Source: an uncultured Thermus sp.
Lineage (GTDB): Bacteria; Deinococcota; Deinococci; Deinococcales; Thermaceae
Assembly (NCBI GenBank): GCA_947085095.1
Contig: CAMTVD010000026.1
Coordinates: forward strand, 1 to 10,536
Length of the DNA: 10,536 nucleotides
Direction of reading: 5' to 3'
The notes beneath the pieces were generated by a model, which worked only from the letters and a program-made list of their open reading frames with translations, made no database searches and was not told the DNA's origin. Within the stretch, counting starts at the first letter, position 1, and each line of letters begins with the position of its first letter. Below, piece after piece: positions 1 to 6,141 of the stretch. The position numbers and the translations under genes were made by a program.

Positions 1-140
1 GGAGTCGGAGAGGCAGGAAGGGAGGTGGGCAGAACGGAAACTAAAGGGGTTCTCGGAGGTGAAGGAGGTGCTGGAGAAGATGCTTCAGGAGCGGTATGCC
101 CCCCGTACACAGACTCTTACACATAACTCTTGACACGACC
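1..140 (+). mobile_element. IS256-family insertion sequence, right end (partial; the rest lies left of the window)
   Basis: The terminal sequence TTACACATAACTCTTGACACGACC (ends at 140) has the typical IS256-family terminal inverted repeat layout, with the transposase stop codon inside the IR. Similarity of the flanking lipoprotein ORF to its family ends exactly at 140/141. Confidence 0.85.
2..133 (+). CDS. IS256-family transposase, C-terminal fragment (5' part outside the window)
   Basis: Frame 2 reads ESERQEGRWAERKLKGFSEVKEVLEKMLQERYAPRTQTLTHNS* (TGA 131-133). The RW..RK and terminal LTHNS-type ending resemble IS256/Mutator transposase C-termini. Not in the ORF track because the start is missing. 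Confidence 0.8.
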   Translation, partial: ESERQEGRWAERKLKGFSEVKEVLEKMLQERYAPRTQTLTHNS

Positions 141-297
141 AACCGTCCCCCTTGGTGGTGTAGATGGCCCCAGTCAGAGGGCCGGAACCGGAGGACCCGG
201 TGACGCCCGCGCCTTGGAGCCCCATCTGCCCCCCGCAGGCGGCGAGGATAAGGGCTAGGGTCAAGCCTATAGGCCATATCCATCTAGAGCGTTTCAT
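141..297 (-). pseudogene. Secreted lipoprotein, 5' fragment, disrupted by IS256 insertion
   Basis: RBS AAAGGAGG upstream of ATG 297. Signal peptide with lipobox (MKRSRWIWPIGLTLALILAA-C), a Gly/Ser linker and a GAIYTTKGDG motif; the frame then runs into IS sequence and stops at 85. Confidence 0.8.
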
Positions 298-317
298 GAT
301 CCCCTCCTTTCCCCCTC

Positions 318-390
318 ACCCTAGCGTGGTGTTGGAGCGGGTTCAACAGACTTTAGGCCTAAGCTATGTTAATACCAAGTCCTAGGACTT
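318..390 (-). promoter_or_regulatory. Putative activator-dependent promoter of the lipoprotein gene with LuxR/NarL-type boxes
   Basis: Candidate -10 TAGGGT (minus strand, 318-323); imperfect 6-4-6 inverted repeat ACAGAC-TTTA-GGCCTA (346-361); perfect 14-bp palindrome AAGTCCTAGGACTT (377-390). Confidence 0.5.
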
Positions 391-393
391 ACC

Positions 394-903
394 TTAGAGG
401 AGGAAGCGCACCAGGGCGAGCTCGGAACGGCGCTTCACGCCTAGTTTCTGGAAGATCAGGCTGAGGTGGGCCTTGACCGTCTTCACGGAGATGCCGAGTT
501 CCTTGGCGATCTCCTCGTTGGAGAGGCCTAGGGCGGCCACCTCCTTTTCCCTGGGGGTGAGGAGGGGGGTGGGGTTCTCCAAGACCTCGGCCACCAAGCG
601 GCGCTCGGCCCAGACCTCGCCCCGGGCCACAGCCTCGAGGGCCTTGACCACCACCTCCAGGCCCTGGTCCGGGTAGAGGTAGCCCTTGTACCCCTTCCGC
701 AAGGCCTGGGTGGCCTGGTCCTTCTCCTTGAGGAGGAGCAGAGAGGGGATGGGCGGGGATGGGGGCACCTCCCAGTCTACGCCCACCAGCCCCACCTGGG
801 CCTGGAAGGGGTGGGGGACCACCTCGAGGCCCCTTGCCTTCAGGACCACCTCCAATGCCTCCTGAAGGGCTAAAACAGGCAACTGGAGCCAGACCTTCGC
901 CAT
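394..903 (-). CDS. NarL/LuxR-family transcriptional regulator with a degenerate receiver domain
   Basis: C-terminal LuxR HTH ([45 protein letters not shown]). The N-terminus is receiver-like ([10 protein letters not shown]...[10 protein letters not shown]) but lacks the acidic pair and the conserved Lys. GGAG lies upstream of ATG 903. Confidence 0.92.
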   Translation of the reverse strand: MAKVWLQLPVLALQEALEVVLKARGLEVVPHPFQAQVGLVGVDWEVPPSPPIPSLLLLKEKDQATQALRKGYKGYLYPDQGLEVVVKALEAVARGEVWAERRLVAEVLENPTPLLTPREKEVAALGLSNEEIAKELGISVKTVKAHLSLIFQKLGVKRRSELALVRFLL

Positions 904-933
904 GGTCTGGCTCCAGTTTAACCAACCTAACCC

Positions 934-2427
934 TTAGCGCACAAGGTTGAAGTGGGTCTCCGCCAGCTTAATGCCGGCGTAGCTCACCGTGGTGCGGTAG
1001 CAGCCCGTGGTCCAGGCGGTCTGGGTCTTCAGGTTGAAAATGTACTGGCCGCTATCCGGATCGTAGCGCCAGGCGGTGGATCCCGTGGCGTACTCGTTCC
1101 CGTCGTAGGTCTCCGAGGTGTCGGCGGCGCAGTTGGTGGTGCGCACCAGGACCAGCCTGAGCCCCTCCGCCAGGTCCGTGGCCGGGGTGCCGTCGGCGTA
1201 TTTGGGCGGGTAGAACTTGTGGGGCATGGTGGAGCCTCGCCTGTGGCTGCTAAAGGGGGCGGCCATGCGCAAGGGGGGCAGGAAGCCCGTGGGGTCCACG
1301 TCCAGGGTGACGAAGACGGTAAAGGTGATGGGAGCGCTTTCGTTGGGCGGTGGTGGGGCGGAGCTCACCGGGGCCCGGTAGGTGGCGCTGTCCCTGGCGG
1401 TGCAGGTGACGGTGTGGCTGCTCCCGATGGCCAGGGAGGTGCCCTCGGCGGGGGTGCAGGCGATGGTGACGGGCGGGGAGACATCCCAGGGGTCACTGGC
1501 AGTGATGCCCAGCTCCGAAAGGCTCAAGGACCAGCCCTGGATGTTCTGGGCGATCCTGGTGACCAGGCCTGCGGGCACCCCGCTGAAGACCGGGGGCGTG
1601 GAGTCCTCCACGTAGACGGGGAAGCTGGCGCTGGCGCTGAGCCCGCCGGAGTCGGTGACGGAGCAGGTCACCGGGGTCCCGCCGATGGGGAAGAGGGAGC
1701 CGCTTGCCGGGGTGCAGACCACGCTTTCCGTGAGGTCCCCGTCCTCGGCATCCGTGGCGGTCACCAGGAAGTTCACCTGGGCCCCGTCAGGCCCCGTGGC
1801 CTCGGCCAGGACGTGGTTGGGCACCACCAGGGTGGGCGGGGTGTTGGGGGGAGGAGGTGGGGAAGGGGGAGGGGCGCAAGGGGTGAACTGGACGTGCACG
1901 GTCACATCCGATTGTCCGGGGGGAAGGTTGAGCCGGCCGGGTCCGGAAGCGGGTTGTGGGCTCCGAGGCGTCACCGTGAAGGAGCTGGAACCCGAGGCGG
2001 GGGTGGCCCCGTTCCGCACGGTGAGGGTTACAGTCCGGACCTCTCCTTCTTGGGTGAAGGTTACGGTAATGGGGTCGCTCCCAGACCAGCTTCCGGCGTT
2101 ATGGGTCCAGGTGGTGTCCACGGTAAAGGAGGCGGGGTAGGTTTGAGTTTGACCGCGAGGCGTATGGATACTGTAGGTGACGCTGACGGTGGCCGGGGCC
2201 CCGTTGGCGCACCCGTCCACGGAAAGGGGGGTGGTTCTGGAGCCCACCGCGCTGGCCAGACTGCCCTCGAGGTTCCCCAAGGGCCGCACCGGGGCCCCCG
2301 TGGCCGTGGGGGCGGGGATGCCCTCGGTGATCACGATCTCCTGGGGCCCCACCTCCCCTTGCGGCCCGGAGCAGGCCGCGAGGAGGAGGCCAAGCCCTAA
2401 CACAAGGGTCTTTCTATGAGGCCTCAT
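934..2427 (-). CDS. Lipoprotein with two HYR (Ig-like) repeats and a C-terminal PxKF domain; putative surface/adhesion protein
   Basis: RBS AGGAGGTG (2436-2443) and lipobox LLAA-C. Pro-rich linker PPPSPPPPP. HYR signatures (NTPPTLVVP..AEATGPDGAQVNF..ATDAEDG..CTPASGSLFPIGGTPVTCSVTDSGG..FPVYV, then a second repeat starting DSTPP). C-terminal GFLPPL..GSTMPHKF..RYDPDSGQYIFNLKT..GCY. Confidence 0.9.
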   Translation of the reverse strand: MRPHRKTLVLGLGLLLAACSGPQGEVGPQEIVITEGIPAPTATGAPVRPLGNLEGSLASAVGSRTTPLSVDGCANGAPATVSVTYSIHTPRGQTQTYPASFTVDTTWTHNAGSWSGSDPITVTFTQEGEVRTVTLTVRNGATPASGSSSFTVTPRSPQPASGPGRLNLPPGQSDVTVHVQFTPCAPPPSPPPPPNTPPTLVVPNHVLAEATGPDGAQVNFLVTATDAEDGDLTESVVCTPASGSLFPIGGTPVTCSVTDSGGLSASASFPVYVEDSTPPVFSGVPAGLVTRIAQNIQGWSLSLSELGITASDPWDVSPPVTIACTPAEGTSLAIGSSHTVTCTARDSATYRAPVSSAPPPPNESAPITFTVFVTLDVDPTGFLPPLRMAAPFSSHRRGSTMPHKFYPPKYADGTPATDLAEGLRLVLVRTTNCAADTSETYDGNEYATGSTAWRYDPDSGQYIFNLKTQTAWTTGCYRTTVSYAGIKLAETHFNLVR

Positions 2428-2454
2428 ATCTGCTCCACCTCCTATTCACCCCCC

Positions 2455-2512
2455 AGGCTAGCGGCCCCTCGGCGGAAAGAAAACAGCCGAAAGTCTTAGG
2501 ACCTTAGTCCTA
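2455..2512 (-). promoter_or_regulatory. Putative activator-dependent promoter of the HYR lipoprotein gene with tandem LuxR/NarL-type boxes
   Basis: Candidate -10 TAGCCT (minus strand, 2455-2460); degenerate box ACAGCC-GAAA-GTCTTA (2483-2498) overlapping the perfect inverted repeat TAGGAC-CTTA-GTCCTA (2497-2512). Confidence 0.55.
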
Positions 2513-2529
2513 TGTCCTTGGGGGTGGAG

Positions 2530-4092
2530 CTAGAGGGGGATGTTGTCGTGCTTTTTCCAGGGGCGCTCTTCTTTCTTCTCCCAGAGCATCCTCAGGTGGC
2601 GGTAGAGGAGGCGGCGGGTCTCGGCGGGGTCAATCACGTCGTCAATGTAGCCCCGGCCCGCGGCCACCCAGGGGTTGTCAAAGGCCCGGCGGTACTCCTC
2701 AATCTTTTTCCTCCGGGTCTCCTCGGGGTTTTGCGAGGACTGGATCTCTTTGCGGAAGACGATGTTGGCCGCCCCCTCGGCCCCCATGACCGCCACTGCC
2801 GCCGTGGGCCAGGCCAGGACCACGTCCGCCCCCATGTCCTTGGAGTTCATGGCCAGGTAGGCCCCGCCGTAGGCCTTGCGCACGATGAGGGTGATCTTGG
2901 GCACCGTAGCCTCGGCGTAGGCGAAGAGCATCTTGGCCCCGTGGCGGATGATGCCCCCGTGCTCCTGGGCCACCCCCGGCAGGAAGCCGGTCACGTCCAC
3001 GAAGGTGAGGAGGGGGATGCCGAAGGCGTCCATGGTGCGGATGAAGCGGGCCGCCTTATCCGAGGCGTTGATGTCCAGGGCCCCGGCCATGAAGCGGGGG
3101 TTGTTGGCGATGACCCCCACAGGGTACCCCCCGAGCCGCCCCAGGCCCACGATGAGGTTGCGGGCGAAGCGGGGCTGGATCTCCAGAAACTCCCCCTCGT
3201 CCAGGAGGGCGCGGATGAGGGCGTGCATGTTGTAGGGCCTTCTGGCGTCGGGGTGGACGATCTCCAGGACCTCGGGCACCGGGCGGTGGGGGTCGTCCTT
3301 GGGGTCCAGGACCGGGGGCCTTTCCCGGCTGTTTTGCGGCAGGTAGCTCAAAAGCTTTTTGATGAGGTCCAGGACTTCCCGGTCGTCCTCCCCCTCCAGG
3401 TGGGCCACCCCGCTCCTTTCCATGTGCACCTCGGCCCCGCCCAGCTCCTCAAAGCTCACCTCTTCCCGGGTCACGCTCTTGATGACCTCGGGTCCGGTGA
3501 TGAACATGTAGGCCCTGCGGCTCATGAGGACGAAGTCGGTCATGGCGGGGCTGTAGACCGCTCCCCCGGCGCAGGGGCCCAGGATGGCGGAGATCTGGGG
3601 GATGACCCCGGAGTAAATGGCGTTGCGGTAGAAGACCTCCCCGTAGCCGGAGAGGCTGTCCACCCCTTCCTGGATCCGGGCCCCGGCGGAGTCGTTGAGG
3701 CCGATGACGGGAGCCCCCACCTTGGCCGCCAGGTCCATGAGGCTGGCGATCTTGCGGCCGTGCATCTTGCCCAAGGAGCCGCCCAAGACGGTGAAGTCCT
3801 GGCTGAAGACGAAGACCAGCCTTCCCCCGAGGGTGCCGTAGCCGGTGACCACCCCGTCGGCGGGGGCCTCGAGGCCCTCCATGAGCCCCGTTTCCAGGTG
3901 CTCGGCGAAGGGCATGAGCTCCACGAAGCTCCCCTCGTCCAGGAGGTGGGCTATCCGCTCCCGGGCGGTGAGCTTGCCCTGCTCGTGCTGCTTCTTGATC
4001 CGCTCCACCCCTCCGCCCAGGAGCACCTTCCTTCGGCGTTCCTCCAGCTCCGCCAGGAGTTCGTCCAAAAGAAGCCTAGCGTTATCGGCCAT
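2530..4092 (-). CDS. pccB: Acyl-CoA (propionyl-CoA-type) carboxylase, carboxyltransferase beta subunit
   Basis: Carboxyl transferase motifs GKLTARERI, DFTVLGGS, DSAGARIQEG, GPCAGGAVYSPAMTDF, VDVTGFLPG, RKAYGGAY, WPTAAVAVMG and terminal KKHDNIPL. Start set at ATG 4092 (MADNARLL, 520 aa) because the ORF-track extension to 4254 overlaps the divergent gene. Confidence 0.93.
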   Translation of the reverse strand: MADNARLLLDELLAELEERRRKVLLGGGVERIKKQHEQGKLTARERIAHLLDEGSFVELMPFAEHLETGLMEGLEAPADGVVTGYGTLGGRLVFVFSQDFTVLGGSLGKMHGRKIASLMDLAAKVGAPVIGLNDSAGARIQEGVDSLSGYGEVFYRNAIYSGVIPQISAILGPCAGGAVYSPAMTDFVLMSRRAYMFITGPEVIKSVTREEVSFEELGGAEVHMERSGVAHLEGEDDREVLDLIKKLLSYLPQNSRERPPVLDPKDDPHRPVPEVLEIVHPDARRPYNMHALIRALLDEGEFLEIQPRFARNLIVGLGRLGGYPVGVIANNPRFMAGALDINASDKAARFIRTMDAFGIPLLTFVDVTGFLPGVAQEHGGIIRHGAKMLFAYAEATVPKITLIVRKAYGGAYLAMNSKDMGADVVLAWPTAAVAVMGAEGAANIVFRKEIQSSQNPEETRRKKIEEYRRAFDNPWVAAGRGYIDDVIDPAETRRLLYRHLRMLWEKKEERPWKKHDNIPL

Positions 4093-4164
4093 ACTGCCGG
4101 CATGATACACTGGAAAAGGGTCCCACAAGGAGGGCTTGGCCCCGGCCCAGAAAGGGGGTGGCTT

Positions 4165-4581
4165 ATGCGGCGTTGGTTGGGATGGATTTTGGGATTGCTG
4201 GCAGTCTTGCTCCTTCTGTGGGCGGGGTTTGCGGTTTGGCAGGCGTACGGCCATCTCGTTGCCCGGGTAGGGGCCCTCGAGGGCCAGGTCCGGGCCCAGG
4301 AGGAAACCCTAAAAACCCTTTCCGAGAGGCTCGGGAAGCTGGAGGAAGAGGTCTTCAAGGCGCCCGCGCCCCCTCTAAGCCTTCCTGAGGTGCCCCAGGC
4401 GCCAGAGACCCCCACCTGGCCCTTCGTGGTGGGCCTTGTTCTCGCCCTCCTCCTCCTGTACCTGCTTATCCGCCTCCTTCGGGGCACAAGCCGGGGGTCG
4501 GGGGAGCAGGTTTCCCCGGGAGAGGCCCGTGTGGGGGGGGAAGAAAACCCGCCTAAAGCAGGGGGAGAGGGCAACGCCTAG
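4165..4581 (+). CDS. Hypothetical membrane protein (N-terminal TM/signal, coiled coil, Pro-rich linker, second TM)
   Basis: RBS AAAGGGGGTG before ATG 4165; 138 aa, MRRWLGWILGLLAVLLLLWAG...LEGQVRAQEETLKTLSERLGKLEEEV...WPFVVGLVLALLLLYLLIRLLR. It is the real 3' part of the 2512..4581 ORF and fills the gap between pccB and nagA. Confidence 0.85.
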   Translation: MRRWLGWILGLLAVLLLLWAGFAVWQAYGHLVARVGALEGQVRAQEETLKTLSERLGKLEEEVFKAPAPPLSLPEVPQAPETPTWPFVVGLVLALLLLYLLIRLLRGTSRGSGEQVSPGEARVGGEENPPKAGGEGNA

Positions 4582-4614
4582 GGGCCATCCATAGCTTGCG
4601 GCCCAAGGGTCCCC

Positions 4615-5697
4615 GTGCTTGAGGGCCAGGTCCTCACCCCAGAGGGTTTCCGCCGAGGCCGCCTTCACTTCTTGGAGCGGATAGAGGCCTTTGAGCTCGC
4701 TCCCGTGGAAGGCCCCTACATCCTCCCGGGCTTCATAGACCTCCACGTCCACGGGGGAGGGGGGTGGGACGCCATGGCGGGGGAGGAGGGGGTAAGGGGG
4801 ATGGCCCGCTTCCACCTCCATCATGGGACCACGGCCCTCCTCCCCACCACGGTGACCGCTCCTCCCGAGGACCTCCTCCAGGCCCTGAGGGGCATCCGCC
4901 GGGCCATGGAAAGCCCCAGGGAAGGGGAGGCCCGCCTCCTGGGGGCGCACCTGGAGGGCCCCTTCATCAGCCCGGGGCGCCTGGGGGCCCAACCCCCTTT
5001 CCCCCGGGACCCGGACCCGGACCTGATGGCGGTCTTTCTGGAGGCGGCCCCCATCCGCGTGGTCACCCTGGCCCCGGAGCTTCCCGGGGCCTTAGACCTC
5101 ATCCGTTTCCTCTCGGCGCGGGGGGTGCGCCCCCAGGTGGGGCACACGGGGGCGAACTACCGGGAGGCCCTCCTGGCCCTGGAGGCGGGGGCCTTGGGCT
5201 TCACCCACCTCTTCAACGCCATGCCCCCCCTGCACCACCGGGACCCTGGCCCCGTGGGCCTGGCCCTGGAGCGGGGCCCCTGGGCGGAGATCATCCCTGA
5301 CGGCCTGCACGTGGACCCGGCGGTGGTGCGCCTGGCTCTCAGGTGCATTCCTGGCCTCTACTTCGTGAGCGATGCCGTGGCTGCCGCGGGGATGCCGGAT
5401 GGCCCCTACGCCCTGGGGCGGCACCGGGTGGAGAAGCGGGGGGAGGGGGTGTGGCTTGGGGAGAGCCTGGCGGGGAGCGCCCTCACCCTGGACCAGGCCC
5501 TGAGGAACCTGGTGGCCTGGGGGGTGCCTTTGGAGGAGGGGGCGAGGCGGCTTTCCACGCTTCCCGCCCGCTACCTGGGCCTCTGGGACCTGGGGGAGAT
5601 CGCCCCGGGGAAGCTGGCTGACCTGGTAGTGCTGGATGGGGAGCTGAGGGTCCTGGGGGTGTACCTGGGTGGGGAGAAGGTCTTCTGGGCTTTGTAG
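4615..5697 (+). CDS. nagA: N-acetylglucosamine-6-phosphate deacetylase
   Basis: PGFIDLHVHGGGG, GTTALLPT, GAHLEGPFIS, TLAPE, VGHT, THLFNAM, DGLHV, catalytic VSDA, LAGS, G.IAPGKLADLVVLD; GTG start. Confidence 0.95.
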   Translation: MLEGQVLTPEGFRRGRLHFLERIEAFELAPVEGPYILPGFIDLHVHGGGGWDAMAGEEGVRGMARFHLHHGTTALLPTTVTAPPEDLLQALRGIRRAMESPREGEARLLGAHLEGPFISPGRLGAQPPFPRDPDPDLMAVFLEAAPIRVVTLAPELPGALDLIRFLSARGVRPQVGHTGANYREALLALEAGALGFTHLFNAMPPLHHRDPGPVGLALERGPWAEIIPDGLHVDPAVVRLALRCIPGLYFVSDAVAAAGMPDGPYALGRHRVEKRGEGVWLGESLAGSALTLDQALRNLVAWGVPLEEGARRLSTLPARYLGLWDLGEIAPGKLADLVVLDGELRVLGVYLGGEKVFWAL

Positions 5698-5713
5698 AGC
5701 TTCTCGTTTGCCG

Positions 5714-5848
5714 TCAAAGGGGCGGGGCGAACCTTCCGTCCACCGCGGTCCAGCCTCCGTCCGCCAGGAAGAGGCTCCCGATGACGTAGCTGCTGGCGGG
5801 GGAGGGGAGGTGGACCACGGCTATGACCACCTCCTCGGGCTGCCCCCT
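5714..5848 (-). pseudogene. Short-chain dehydrogenase/reductase (SDR) C-terminal remnant
   Basis: The minus strand reads RGQPEEVVIAVVHLPSPASSYVIGSLFLADGGWTAVDGRFAPPL* (TGA at 5714-5716), matching the SDR tail pattern R.G.PEEVA..V.FLAS..SSYVTG..L.VDGG. There is no start codon and an in-frame stop lies a few codons upstream. Confidence 0.8.
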
Positions 5849-5860
5849 ACTCTTTACGAA

Positions 5861-5985
5861 AGGCGCCTAGGGGTCCAGGCCCGGCTGGAGGAGGTGAAGT
5901 GGGCCACCTGGCTCTCCCGGGTCTTCCGCTGGGGAGCCTCTTGGTGGGGCTTTGCGTCCTCATGGCCCTGGCCTCCATTTTCTGC
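5861..5985 (+). pseudogene. Probable remnants of a peptide/nickel ABC transporter operon (substrate-binding fragment fused to a permease fragment)
   Basis: RRLGVQARLEEVKWATWLSRVFR (5861-5929) resembles the family-5 SBP segment iGi.v.l..veWa.wl..v. It is followed in another frame by the hydrophobic LGSLLVGLCVLMALASIF, resembling a DppC/OppC first TM. The matches are short and judged by eye. Confidence 0.4.
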
Positions 5986-6141
5986 CGGGGGCGGAGTGGG
6001 GCGCATACCGGGTTATTCCCCGGACATGGCGTGTCCTTGCGCAAGGATGGCGGGGTCTTTGTCCCCGAGGGCGAGGCCAAGTGTTGCCTGAGGCTTGGCA
6101 ATGGGAGGGAAATAGCGCTTAGGCTTTAGGGGGTGAGGAGC

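Noticed and set aside
85..140. Cys-rich tail WSCQELCVRVC of the 70-aa ORF as a RiPP or metal-binding peptide
   Set aside because: It is read-through into the reverse strand of the IS256 end.
130..165. Outward-facing TTGACA (130-135) in the IS256 end as a hybrid promoter
   Set aside because: There is no -10 at 16-18 bp spacing in the flank (TGGTGG at 153-158), and it would only read antisense to the broken gene.
1840..1875. G-run tract as a G-quadruplex or slippage locus
   Set aside because: It is explained by the poly-Pro linker codons on the minus strand, and the runs are short and interrupted.
952..2400. Plus-strand ORFs of 482, 161, 80 and 77 aa
   Set aside because: They are antisense to the HYR lipoprotein, have biased Gly/Arg/Val composition and show no motifs.
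2512..4164. Long plus-strand ORF 2512..4581 (689 aa)
   Set aside because: It is the antisense shadow of pccB in GC-rich DNA; only 4165..4581 has an RBS and protein-like character.
4093..4254. 54-aa N-terminal extension of pccB in the ORF track
   Set aside because: It overlaps the divergent gene and the intergenic region and has no family similarity.
5669..6129. ORFs 5669..6091, 5899..6129 and 5847..6101 as real small genes
   Set aside because: They are chimeric reads across unrelated remnants; 5899..6129 has an SD-like sequence upstream but it lies inside the SBP-like fragment.
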